From assembly GCA_013265495.1 (NCBI GenBank), contig MU057701.1, positions 1,178,001 to 1,242,000 on the forward strand: DNA of 64,000 bases, written 5' to 3'. The notes under the pieces were generated by a model that saw nothing but the letters and a program-made list of their open reading frames with translations, did no database searches and had not been told where the DNA came from. This stretch comes from Vicugna vicugna. Taxonomy: Eukaryota. Numbering within the stretch: position 1 is the stretch's first letter; every line of letters starts with the position of its first letter. This document shows positions 1 to 12,633 of the stretch, piece after piece. The position numbers and the translations under genes are program-made.

Positions 1-1384
1 CAGGTGGTTTTCTTCCTCCTACTCTTGGCTGCTAAAATGATTAAAAAGTCACAGCGCATCGAAATATCTACTGGAAGCCTTGAATTAGGTGAGTTTTACA
101 TGTCATTCCCCGCCCTCCTTTTCCTACAATGTTTTTATTCTATTTACTTATGGCAGTCTCCCTGACTTGAGTTTAGATTCCTTTAAGAGCCATAAACATG
201 GCATGCAGCTTTGACTCTTCCCAGAGTACCTATGTTGGTATTTAATATATATTAAACACTCAAAACTCAAAAAGTTTTTGAAACAGAAAAAGAAATATCC
301 AGTGTGGCAAGCCTTTCAATCTTTCCTTCCAGGACTTACCTCTGTAAGCTTTTAAATCTTTTCAGCAACAAAGATAAAAGTTAGAAAACTATCTCTGACT
401 AAAAAGTTTAAGATTAATTTCAGACATTATAATCACAGCATAGATCTCACCATCAACAATACAAGAATTAGGAATGACAAGCCTAGCCCAATTTTTTTTT
501 TGTCTTCATTTGTATTAGAATTTATATTAACTGCTATTGCTACTGAAAACTTGTTTTGGATAATTTTACAATAATAGCAAACCAATTCTCAAATGGGTCA
601 TATATTATTCCAACCATGATATACAGTGTTATTTACCTGACCAATCAAAAATTAAGACATATAGGATTTTTAAAATTTTTGCAATACGATAAATAGCATT
701 GCATGAAGACCTTCAAGCATCTAACTTTTTTTGGTATTACTTCCTTTGAACAAATCCCTAGAAATTGGATTAATGGAGCCAAAGATTATGAATAGCTCTG
801 ATACACTGCTGATCCAGTTTAAATACCACAACTCTTTTGGAAAATAATACGGCCATAATAATCGTTAAATTATCATAAAAAACATAAACTCAAAATTTCA
901 CACAATAAACTATTACAACCTGGGGAACTGAGTTACTTAAGGAGTAAAATAAAAAATATCCAGGATGTCACAAACCTAAGTGTAGGCTGAAGACAGAAAC
1001 AAACCAACTCTTCTTGCTGATGCCTCTGTACTATTCAAATTTGTAACAGAAATGGCAGTTCTAATATAGGAAATTCTGAAGTAAGTAATTTCATGTAATA
1101 GGACAACAAGCAATTTTAGCCAGAATTTAGCTTTCTATTATAGATTAGCTTTAAAGTAATTTACAAGCAACTTCCAAATTGACATAGGACATGATGACAG
1201 TCTAGGAGAGAGTTTTCAAGCACATGGAACATGGAGAACTGAAATTTACTTTACAATAAAATGTATTAGATATACTGTATTAGTGATGCTAATTCTTATG
1301 AATAAAAATAGTCAAAAGGATAAAAGGCAAAAAGGGACATAACATAGACTATAAACCAAACCAAATTTTTATTCTTAAACTTAC

Positions 1385-1495
1385 TTTTCTCGTGAGATGT
1401 TTCACTGATGTGTTCTGTAAGATACTCCAGCAACCCATCAAATATTTCTAGAAGATTCTTAATAGATTCTTTATCTCCTTTCACTATATTTTCTC
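1385..1495 (-). CDS. CEP95: CEP95 coding exon 4 (111 nt)
   Basis: ttcag|GA GAA AAT ATA GTG AAA GGA...GAG AAA A|gtaagt; overlaps ORF 1296..1484 ([23 protein letters not shown]). Confidence 0.93.
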
Positions 1496-3369
1496 CTGAA
1501 CACAGAATACAGAGCTATTAAAAAAATTAACCAAGAAATTGAAAGCCTCATGTTTTTGAAATGGATATAGCACTGTGAAAATATTGTTCAAAATACGATG
1601 ATTATAAACTAATCCAGGAGAAACAATGATATTATAAATATTAAAAACATTATTGATTATTTGAAGCTTAATTATATCTGAAGAAACAAAGGGGATAATC
1701 TTGAATAGTATGTTTGATAATTCACTGGCATAGTCCTTCACCTCTCAAGAAGCAAAATATGTGGCCTTAAGAAAAGATTCTCTAAGATCTATACCAAAAT
1801 ACAAAGCAACTAAGCACAACTTTATTAGGCTGGTTAAAAAAAAAACAAAAAACTGCAGTTGGGAACACAGTTTCAGATTACGGGATCCTACTTCTAGACA
1901 GTGGTTTGACCTGAAGACAACAGCAGTAGAGAAATACAAAACAAAACCAAAAACCTTGCTGGGGTACTTTCATCCACAATTCCTAATTTTTTTAATTTGT
2001 TAACTCCTATTCACTTTGTATAGCTCATGATATTTTTAAATTAAAAACCAACCATGGCTCCCTGCTTATAAAACCCTTCTTAATCTTACTTCACCCCCAA
2101 CCTCTCTCATCTTACCTCCCACCATATCCACCTTATATCTACAAACTAATCTTTAAAGTGTTCCTAGCACAGTACCTGGCTTATCATAGATTTTTGATAA
2201 ATTAATTGAAATGTTGACAAGAAATGAGCTGGCAAAAGCATGGAAACTTGACATGCTTAATGCCACCTAAAATGGACTCCCGTCAACATCAGGTATGGAT
2301 GGAACCTAACTCCTGAGACACTTGAGTTGTCCCTTGGGAGATCATGACTGGCATGAGTTCAAACCAGTATGGGAGAGGCAGAGTAGAAATTCTGTATTTG
2401 AGATAATCTAGCCATTCATAACCTCGGTCATGATGCAAAACAAACCTAAACCAGAAATTTGATATTTTACAACACTACTAGTAAAGCTAGTCAAAGTTTG
2501 AGCAATTTTTTTTCTGTTTAAAACAATTAAATCTTGTTTTTAAGCCCTGTTTTCTAGCTTAACAAGATAACACAAGCATACCCCAAGGACATACCCAGGA
2601 CTTCTGGTTTCCAGGATAGGGAGCGTATTCTGCCAACCCAGCAACTAAGACTGCCCTCCAGAATGCAGTGCTTCACCATGCAGGAGAAACTGCCTTAAAC
2701 AGCTCATAAGGAGTAAAAAGTTGCTTTGCAGTCTACTGGAAGAGGTAAGCAGTTTTGCAACGTTCTATGGGGTAGGTATAAGTTGTCAGGGGTAGCTCGG
2801 CATTAAAAAGTTCTACAAACAGACACATCCTTGGTATATAGTATGTTTATACAGTAAGTACAAATACCAGAAATTGCCCTACTAGGGCAATAAAGCCATT
2901 CCAAATTGCACAAGAACAGGGAAACCCCAGGATTATCCACTAACAAGGAACACTGTACATAAAGAGCATTGTCAATCATGTTTTACAGCTACAGGGTAGT
3001 GCCCTATATGGAGCTATGATAATTTATTTAACCTGTCCCTATTAATGGGTATTTAAGTGTTTCTACTTTTTAGCTACTACAAACAAGGAGCAAGGCAGCT
3101 TTAAAGTAACACCAACAGAAAAACATACCTCAAACTACCAGCTAGGATTTTTGTATCTCAGGCATTGCAAACTCAAACTCAGTGTTTGACTCTCCTGGAA
3201 AAGCTCTCAAGGATGGATGCCTTAACTATACCAGTCAACTGTCTTGACTCAGTCTTGCTGGTTAGTCTATTTCACAAGCTTACTCATTTGGTTAAACAAA
3301 GTCTAGGGTTCTACCTAACAAATTATTTTAGTAAAATGCAAAGTTATCTAATGTTAAGTATATACTAAC

Positions 3370-3477
3370 CTGTTATGTGAGACAAGCTGATCTGCAGGTA
3401 ATCCAAAGCCAGTGAATCAATTACTGCTTGTACATTGTGAGCTTCATCTTCTTGATTCCTGGGAATAGCTATGAGGT
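3370..3477 (-). CDS. CEP95: CEP95 coding exon 3 (108 nt)
   Basis: cacag|AC CTC ATA GCT ATT CCC...CAC ATA ACA G|gttagt; encodes [36 protein letters not shown]. Confidence 0.92.
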
Positions 3478-4601
3478 CTGTGGGAAGAAAACTACGTAAT
3501 TTTGCAACTACCAGAGTCCAAGTTTCCATCTCTGTCTCTGATCAGGCCTCTTAGTAAGGTCAACTGCTACAAAAGTAAGCTTGGCCCAAACAGAGCAGGC
3601 TATCAAGTATAGATAAATAGAGCCTGAATTCCACACAGTAAAACCTTTATTGGTTGGGTATTTATTGACTGAATATGGTTAAATATTTATCCAACCATCA
3701 CACATGTAAAAATGCTCTAAAATAAGCACCATAATAAAGAAAAAGAGGTCCCTAAATTCATGGAGATGCTAATACGCTAAAAAGGGAGGCAATACATGAG
3801 GTGAGACTTCAACCCATTAACATGGGCTGCTTTCCATGAGAGAAAAAAAACCCACAAGAAGTGTGAAAGGAGGGTTCTTGTACATCCTGTTAAGGCAGCC
3901 TATTAGAATTATTGGCATAAAAGTTTAAAAGATCAGTACAGACCAGAGTGCAGAAAGATTTTATCAACTTAAATTTGGAGTTTGGTATTTGAGGAAGTCG
4001 AGTGTTTGGGGGAAGAATAAAAAAAGTATTGTAAAAGCCTGGTCTAATAACTACACGCCTCTGAACTCTCAAGAGGGTTGAGACTAGCATTAACGGTACC
4101 AGCTAGAGGCCATCCCATTATTCCCGAAAGTGAAGGGGGCACTGACTCACAGTAATAGAGCAAAAAGAGAGACTACAGATGCTAAATGGCTATAAATTAT
4201 ACAAAGAAACAGAAGCAGCAGAGGAAACTGCTGGATAATGACTCTGAGATATTTAACCAGGGACATAATACAAACACCAGTTCTTATCTATATAATTGGT
4301 TAAGTACCAGGACTCAACAAGTTTCCAAATTCCAGTCCATTTTAGAACATGCAAAAGTGCATTTACAGAAAGGGTGTGACTTTGACAGCACTGGGCATGA
4401 TTAAATAGTTGAGAACCAAAGCTGTTATTATGGGTAGGTCTCATAAGGTATACTTTAAATCAATGAATGCAACATTTAGATAGAAATAAGATGTAGACAA
4501 AAGAGAAGACTCTAGATCTTATATATACTACAAGCTCTAACTAAAGGCACTAGAAATTTCTAGCCTAGGACACTATTACTTTCACTTTTTAGTTACCTTA
4601 C

Positions 4602-4730
4602 CTGGTACCTTTTCTCCCAAAATGGATTGATAAAGAGCAATAAAAACATTAGCATCACAATCTTCTAGTTCTCGAATCCTGAGATGTATATGACATTTCA
4701 AAAGAAGATTATTGGCAATGGTTACCCACT
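4602..4730 (-). CDS. CEP95: CEP95 coding exon 2 (129 nt)
   Basis: aacag|AG TGG GTA ACC ATT GCC AAT...AAG GTA CCA G|gtaagg; encodes [17 protein letters not shown]...GEKVP. Confidence 0.92.
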
Positions 4731-6214
4731 CTGTTGGGAAAGGGAAAAGATCAGCCTTAAATAGTATCAGAGAAAGTTATATACATTCACTTAAAAAACA
4801 ACTCCCACAAAAAGGGACATTGAATTCTGTAGAAGATAAGGAATTTGACTATTAGAGAATTTCCAAGGCCCTCCTGGGCATGATTTTTGAAAAGATGTAT
4901 TTAAATTCTTGGGGTGATTTTCAGAATGCTACAATTTCAATGTAGTCAAAACTATGATTCAAATCCAATTTTTACTATTGCAACCTAAAATCTTAAAGTA
5001 TTTATCATAGTTCTTATTTTACAAGCCATACATAGGTCTTTTCATTTAAAACATATTTACAAGTAAACAGAAATATTACGTCATGAACAAGATGGCTTGT
5101 TAATGATAATCTGAGATTACTACTAACTTGTTAATCGATGTTGCTTCAAATTCCCAGTAGCATTAGTCATGTTTTTACCCAATTATCTTGTGCAAGTTGG
5201 AATTTCTCTGGTGCCCAAATAGGTGGTGATTAACTGACGCTGTTAAGAACTGGAGTAATGAAACCAGCACTACTGCATTTGTTAAGCTTTTTTAAAAATT
5301 ATATTTGATGTATATGAAAGGCAAATATGGGAAGTATACAGAAACGTCTCCAAATTCAGAGCTACCACATTACCAATATGGTCGAAGTTTCCAGTGTTAT
5401 CAGCCCCCTTACCCCAGATATTGTTGGGATTAACAAAGTTATTTCACGAATTTCTTGACCACAGGTAATTTAGAAAGCTTGAAACATTTGTTCCCTTAAA
5501 TGACTGACGATTAAGGGGAAAGTTCTTTTATTCTGTGTTTGTTATCTTCAGTAATGTTCCAGCAATAAATGCGTGTGTTTATGTATATGTGAGACTGTCT
5601 TCAAGGCACATTCTCTCTCTCTCTGCCCATGCCCACTCACAGCTGACCAAACCATGACAACTGGTTTGAACGCTGTCCTGGAGAAAAGGATGAAAGCGTC
5701 CTAAACAAATCAATTCGCTTTTCATAAGCGGTGCTAGACAAAGCCGGTAACTCTAGAGAGCACTAAAGAGAAAAGTCCACCCCTGCTCTGCTTTGGCAAA
5801 GGCATCAACAGATCTTAAGTGTGCCAGTTCCCAAAAGTTCAATACAGTTGCTGGCACGGCCAAAGTCCCCACAATGCAAAAGCGCAGCCCGCCAGTAGTT
5901 GGATTCCTCAAAGAAATACCAGTCAGCAGTTTCTGGCTGCTCTTTTTGCAGACAGGATGCGGGAGTGCTACGGGCCTCGCCGAAGGGCCCTTCTATCTTC
6001 CACCCCAAAACTGCGCTCGACAGCCTCGAAGCGGACAGGGCGCAGGGCGGAGACACCCTATCCAGAGAACCCGCCGACTACGACCAGGTGTCTGTCACGA
6101 GCCCCGCCGGCAGCCCAGACCCGCCTGAAGCCTCAAGATAAAATGGGAAAGGGTGTTTGGGGACTTGCACTGGACTTCAGTCCACACACACCGGGGCTCC
6201 GGGCCGAGACTCAC

Positions 6215-6233
6215 CAGCCTCTGAGCCGGCCAT
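6215..6233 (-). CDS. CEP95: CEP95 coding exon 1 (19 nt, contains ATG)
   Basis: ATG GCC GGC TCA GAG GCT G|gtgagt, lying in the CpG island. Confidence 0.88.
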
Positions 6234-7064
6234 GTCGCGGAGGCACGTCGCCACCGGACTTCCAGGCCGGCGCGCGCAGGACGGTGTCCGGGAAGGGCCG
6301 CAGAGCGCAGACATAGCGCCGATAGGAGGGGGAACCACACCAAAGCGCCGGGAAGGAGGGGTGAGAGAGGGAGGGACGTTAAAACGGCTTCTCGCTGCTG
6401 ATTGGTCACCACAGGAGCACTTCCTTTCGCAGCGCGCGCCAAAGCGGCGGTTTGCGGGCTCTAGATACCATTCTCCTCCTGTCAGACCCCGCTAAGGGGC
6501 TCTAGGGTGAGTGAGTTTGACAGTCTGGGTGACCCAGGAGCCCCGGCTGGTCTCCTGGAGGCTTTAGCACGGAACTTCCGGTGAGCTATTTTGTTTTGTA
6601 TTCCTCCGCCGACGCCAACTGTGGAAGTAGTGCGAACAGTTCATTCGGTGGGCGGGGGCAGCCACGTGACAGTGTCAGGCCCCGCCTTCCGGTATCGCTA
6701 GGTTATGGGCGTGAGTGCTCTATGGAGACGTAAACATCTCCGAGTGGACTGTGGGTTGACTGGGGCTGTCCATTTTGCTGTCTGGGCTGGACCTGGAAAA
6801 GGGCGGGGTGTCTTCTTTGATGTGTGGAAGACGAGAACAAGGTGAAGCCAAGAGCGTGCAGACTGAAGCAACCCAGTGGTGGGTGGGGGCCCACCGTTGA
6901 AAAGACCGAAAATCCGGCGCCTCTGAGGGAGGGGTCGGGGGGAGGGGCGAGAACATGGCGGATCCCGGAATGCCGACGGGCGTTGCGGCCTCTGCGCAGG
7001 GGCGGAGTGATTAGGTCATAGAGCGGCTCCCAGCATTCTCTGCGGCGGAGGAGGCGGTCCAGGC

Positions 7065-7071
7065 TATAAAA
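7065..7071 (+). promoter_or_regulatory. DDX5: DDX5 TATA box; TSS probably near 7095-7100
   Basis: TATAAAA about 30 nt upstream of the Inr-like sequence CCTCATTC. Confidence 0.75.
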
Positions 7072-7264
7072 CCGGCTGCCGGGACGCGGCCGGCACCTCA
7101 TTCATTTCCACCGGTCTCTTGCCTGGCAGCTCCTGCTCCTGTCATCGCCGTCTCTCCACCGCTGCCGCCCCCGCAAGGCTTCGCCGTCGTCGAAGCCAAT
7201 TCCAGCGACTTGTCGCACCCAGTTCTCTCCGCTTCGCTTCCCGCCAACCGCAACCATTGACGCC

Positions 7265-7308
7265 ATGTCGGGTTATTCGAGTGACCGAGACCGCGGCCGG
7301 GATCGAGG
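7265..7308 (+). CDS. DDX5: DDX5 exon 1, coding part
   Basis: gccATG TCG GGT TAT...CGA GG|gtgagt. Confidence 0.97.
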
Positions 7309-8501
7309 GTGAGTGTGGGAACTGACCTGTCAGGCCCGGCAGTGGGGGATGGGAAGCCGATGAGGGTAGCGGGGGGCGGGGTGGCGGTGGGAGGTTGGCT
7401 GCTTCTGTCTTTCTTTGGGCCTCCTCCGTCGACGGTTTGCGCCATTTTGATATTTGTTCTAAACTGACCGAGAGTTCCCTGTTAACGGTCCTCAAGATCG
7501 CTTTTTGTTTGGGAGGGCGTATCGCGGCCTCGATTTAGCAGCTGTTGGGAGAATTCTGAGCGTGTTTCGAGGGGAGGAAAGCGCGGTGCTTCGAGGTGGA
7601 CGAAGTCGCCGCTGTTAGGTGCACCCTTTCGGGAGGTGTTTTAGGGGTCTCGGGAATTCTGTGGGTGCCGAGGGGGCCGCCTAGGAAGCCGTTGATGCGG
7701 CGGGGGCAGGAGGATGGCCGGCGCCGCGGGAAGCGGCCATGTGGCTGAGCCGCGAGTACAAAATGCCGGCGTCGGACATGGCGGCGGCGCCTTTGTTACC
7801 CCGCCCGGCGGAGGAGCTCAAAATGGCAGCGTCGAGAAAATGTGGCGCAGAGAGAAATGCGAGACAAAGGGGGAAGCGCCGCCCCAGCGGGAACGCCGCC
7901 CGGCCGACTCCGCCCGGGCCGGGACTCCTCCCCCGGTTGTCTCCAGCTCCTCCTCCTTTATTCTCGCGTTATATAATTTTCCTACCTTGATCGGGAGCCC
8001 TTCTGCGGGTTTCCTCCCAACTGGTTTGCATAAATGTCTCCGAGACCACCTTCCTTGTTCTCTCTCTGCCTGTGCTGCTCCGTTATCCATTAAAACCGAA
8101 GCTGCTTTGCTTGAACATGGCTGATAGATAACATCGCTGTTAAGCTCGTTCGTTCTTTATTGTCTCTCGCAGATGTTTAGTTCTTAAGCTCGTGGGAAAG
8201 ACTGGTATCTTAACTATCTCATCCAGCTGTTCTCTCTCCTTGTAATCTGAGCTTCTAGCACTTGGGCAGGCAGTTTTCCGACCTGGTAAATCTCGGGTGG
8301 TTGATTTGGGTTCAGTAATGTGTACTTGGTACCATGGGAAATAAGAAGGATGTGGTGGTGTGGGTTTTCAGAGAATTGCCATCACTAAGGACAGCACTGA
8401 GTCTTCCATCTCCAGAAGTCTTTCATTGATCTTCAGCATGTGTCAAGGGTGGTAAATCTGTAACATGTTTTAAGATGTAATTTTTTTTTTTTTAATTTTA
8501 G

Positions 8502-8667
8502 GTTTGGTGCACCTCGATTTGGAGGAAGTAGGGCAGGGCCCTTATCGGGAAAGAAGTTTGGAAACCCTGGGGAGAAACTGGTTAAAAAGAAATGGAATCT
8601 TGATGAGCTGCCCAAATTTGAGAAGAATTTTTATCAAGAACACCCTGATTTGGCTAGGCGCACAGCA
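8502..8667 (+). CDS. DDX5: DDX5 exon 2
   Basis: tttag|G TTT GGT GCA CCT...ACA GCA|gtgagt. Confidence 0.97.
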
Positions 8668-9018
8668 GTGAGTAACTTCATGTGGCTTCATCAGGCTATA
8701 ACTCAATGAATTTGCAGTAAATAAAAGTGACTAGGAATGTCTTGCAAATGACCAAACTTGAGGAACTCATGCTTTCCCAGTTAAGTTTTATTGGGGAAGA
8801 GATGCCTCACTTTTGGAGATAGGCACGACTTCGATTTTTCTGTATTTAGAATGGTTGGTGGTTCTTGTCCTACATGAGGTTTTCATGTGTGGATCCAGAT
8901 TTTTAAAGGCCATCTTAAAGTAGCTAATCAGCTGTACATTTAGGGGCCTGTCAGTTGCATTTTTACTTAAGGGGAGTTGTCGTGAGACTTAGCTGTATTT
9001 TTATAATTTGTCTTGTAG

Positions 9019-9406
<388 letters not shown>

Positions 9407-9414
9407 TAATATAA

Positions 9415-9522
<108 letters not shown>

Positions 9523-9748
9523 TAGTCTGTAACTTTGGGTTAGAAGTGTAGAGATTCATAGAATAGGTAGCAAAAGTCAATTTGTGGTGATTTCAACTAG
9601 AGACATAAGTTATCCCGTTTAGCTGGAGACATAAAGCTTATTTGGGTATTGGACAGCAAAATAAATTATCTGCTTTTATAACGGTAATAAATCAGTACTT
9701 TGGAACCCAGGACTCTTCTCAAAGCTGTTCCACTTTCTCTTTCGTTAG

Positions 9749-9895
<147 letters not shown>

Positions 9896-9940
9896 TAATC
9901 AGTTACCTGTCACTGATGGTGCTAAAAGTTACAGATGTGA

Positions 9941-10159
<219 letters not shown>

Positions 10160-10199
10160 TAAACTTGGCTCTAAATTCATTGTTAGAACGTATAATGTT

Positions 10200-10294
10200 T
10201 TTTATGTATTAATTATTTTTAGTAGAGGTACTGGGGATTGAACCTAGGACCTCAGGCATGCTAGTGCTCTGTCACTGAGCTATACCCGACTCCC
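10200..10294 (-). mobile_element. tRNA-derived SINE (camelid Vic-1-like) in DDX5 intron 7
   Basis: Reverse complement reads GGGAGTCGGGTATAGCTCAGTG...GAGGTCCTAGGTTCAATCCCCAGTACCTC plus an A-rich tail; flanks taatg(t/g)ttt resemble a TSD. Confidence 0.8.
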
Positions 10295-10329
10295 TAATGG
10301 TTTTTTTTTTTAATTCAAAAAATCTTTAG

Positions 10330-10503
<174 letters not shown>

Positions 10504-10848
10504 TAAGTCTTAACTATAAAAACAACTTTACAAATATGAGCCACAGTTGCGTAAGTTATCTTAAAAGTGACTTTAACTTGAGTGGAATCAGTGTTAATTT
10601 GAAATTAAGTCTGTAAGTCATTCTGAATTGTCTTGCTTCCTTCATTCAGGGAATTGGTTATCACTGTATTTACAGAATTCCTATAGAAAAAAGTCTTGGA
10701 GTTTATTTAAAGACTAAGGGTAGAATTATTTAAGAGGTTAAGCAGGTGTTTCCTTTTTGACTTGCAGCCATGTGAATTAAAGTTGGTATTTTGCTAACCA
10801 TAACCATGAACTTTTAGAATTCAGAATTCTTTTTTTTTTTCCCCCGAG

Positions 10849-10959
10849 ACTTATTCGCCTAATGGAAGAGATCATGAGTGAGAAGGAGAATAAAACCATT
10901 GTTTTTGTTGAAACCAAAAGAAGATGTGATGAACTTACTAGAAAGATGAGGAGAGATGG
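10849..10959 (+). CDS. DDX5: DDX5 exon 9
   Basis: ccgag|A CTT ATT CGC...GAT GG|gtatgt (acceptor is GAG). Confidence 0.94.
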
Positions 10960-11181
10960 GTATGTGGGCTTCTTCCATTGAAGCAGCTGTATTAGAGCTG
11001 AGTTTAGCAGAGGGGCAAATTATAATCACTGGTGATTTGAGTTGTATAGATGGGAATAAACAGGTAGTATAGTTAAGACTGTACATACGTTATTTCAAGT
11101 GAATGAAATTAAAAGGGTCTGACCTTGATTAAAATCTGAAATTTTAAATGTGAATCTACTAATAGAACTTCTTTAATTTAG

Positions 11182-11243
11182 GTGGCCTGCCATGGGTATC
11201 CATGGTGACAAGAGTCAACAGGAACGTGACTGGGTTCTAAATG
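11182..11243 (+). CDS. DDX5: DDX5 exon 10
   Basis: tttag|G TGG CCT GCC ATG...CTA AAT G|gtaagt. Confidence 0.97.
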
Positions 11244-11334
11244 GTAAGTATTGCAAGGGAAGGGTTCTTTTTTCCTTCAAAACCTATAATTCACTCCCAT
11301 CAGTGATCTTACATATATATGCCTTCTTTTGTAG

Positions 11335-11394
11335 AATTCAAACATGGAAAAGCTCCTATTCTGATTGCTACAGATGTGGCCTCCAGAGGGCTAG
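11335..11394 (+). CDS. DDX5: DDX5 exon 11
   Basis: tgtag|AA TTC AAA CAT...GGG CTA G|gttagt; encodes ATDVASRGL. Confidence 0.97.
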
Positions 11395-12154
11395 GTTAGT
11401 ACAAACTCGAATTCATGGCTTGGTTTTCCAGAAGATCTCCATATAACTTTTTAAAGAAAGTTTATTGCTTTCTTTAACCTCTGCATTTTTTCTAAGTTTT
11501 TTTCATATAAAGGTGCAGTCTTTGTGGCAAGGCCTAGGCATGACAATCGGAGGACTCGAGGGGGATGGAGGACTAGTGATCGGCTGGCTGCTTCCAGTCG
11601 ATTAGAGAGGTGAAAAGCTGAAAGTGTGCCAGTAATCTTCAAAAGGCAGAACATACCACCTCTGCCCCGTAAACTGTTCTCTCCCGGGGGAAAAAAATGG
11701 AAGTTATCCTCACAGTTCACTGCCGTGGTATTTCTTCTGTCCCATGCTTTGCATGACTGCCATGGTACAGCATTGTTTCAGAATGTTCACTGTGATCTGT
11801 GGGTCTTTGAGTTTCAGTGAGTTTGCTGAAATGTCGAAGAAATATTTCCAAACTTCAATGTTCAATGAAATTTTTGTTCAAGTTTGAAATGGAGAGAGCA
11901 GCTTTAAAAGGTACTAAGCCTTTTACAAATTGGTGAGTACTGGCACATAAGATCTAGAGCAGGAGCAACTTCTCACACTTAGTCAGTGGGAAAAAGTGCT
12001 TTGAAAGTTCCTCCCTCACCTACACAGTAGTCGTCATGTCGAGACCTGCCAGAGAGAGAGACACATTCTCAAGTGAATCCTGGCTTCTTGGAAGCGCTTG
12101 CCTAGACGAGACACAGTGCATAAAAACAACTTTTGGGGGACAGGTATGTTTTTC

Positions 12155-12175
12155 TTGCAGCTGCGGTTGTAAGGT
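12155..12175 (+). ncRNA. MIR5047: Sequence matching miR-5047 in DDX5 intron 11
   Basis: TTGCAGCTGCGGTTGTAAGGT matches the mature miR-5047 sequence as I recall it, in the expected host intron. Its status as a genuine miRNA is uncertain. Confidence 0.6.
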
Positions 12176-12567
12176 CTTGGCAAGACAAGCAGTGTGGCCA
12201 GAATTTTGAACTTCTGATAAGTGTGTAATGCGAAGGACCACGTACATTTTTGTTTAAAGGTCCTCAAAATGAGCACACAAGGAGGTTGCTGTGAACCTTC
12301 AAGTGGCCCTACTGCGCAGAAGCATTCAGATGTCACTTGATGATCTGTAAGGGGACTTGCTAACGTGGGAATGTAGGAAATATACACATGTCCTTTTGGC
12401 AGGCTCATCATTGGGTGGGTAATAAGGCATACAGATGATGTGTGTGGTTTTTTCCCCCCCTTCTCTCAACCTCAATGGTATTCCTACAGAGAATGGATAA
12501 CCATTTTAACTGTATTTTTTGCAGCCCATACCTTCTTGGGAATACAATTGTCTAACTTTTTATTTTT

Positions 12568-12633
12568 GGTCTGGCTGTTGTGGTGTGCAAAACTCCGTAC
12601 ATTGCTATTTTGCCACACTGCAACACTTTACAG
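12568..12633 (+). ncRNA. MIR3064: pre-miR-3064 hairpin ending at the intron 11 3' splice site
   Basis: The 5p arm TCTGGCTGTTGTGGTGTGCAA (12570-12590) pairs with the 3p arm TTGCCACACTGCAACACTTTACA (12610-12632); pairing checked by eye. Matches miR-3064 as I recall it. Confidence 0.85.

Larger units (their letters stand above)
1385..6233 (-). other. CEP95: CEP95 gene, 5' part (coding exons 1-4); the gene continues beyond the left edge of the window
   Basis: join(6233..6215,4730..4602,3477..3370,1495..1385) translates to [122 protein letters not shown], which I recognise as the CEP95 N-terminus. All introns are GT-AG and phase 1. The gene is head-to-head with DDX5. Confidence 0.93.
5950..8050. 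promoter_or_regulatory. CpG island and bidirectional promoter shared by CEP95 and DDX5 (boundaries approximate)
   Basis: High GC and CpG density between the divergent ATGs at 6233(-) and 7265(+). Motifs: ATTGG (CCAAT on -) 6401-6405, ETS/GABP CTTCCGG near 6575 and 6686, E-box CACGTGAC 6663-6670, GC box GGGGCGGAG 6999-7007. Confidence 0.88.

Noticed and set aside
5793..8124. Many 65-165 aa ORFs on both strands
   Set aside because: Expected from stop-codon depletion in a GC-rich CpG island; low-complexity R/P/G/A composition and no recognisable domain
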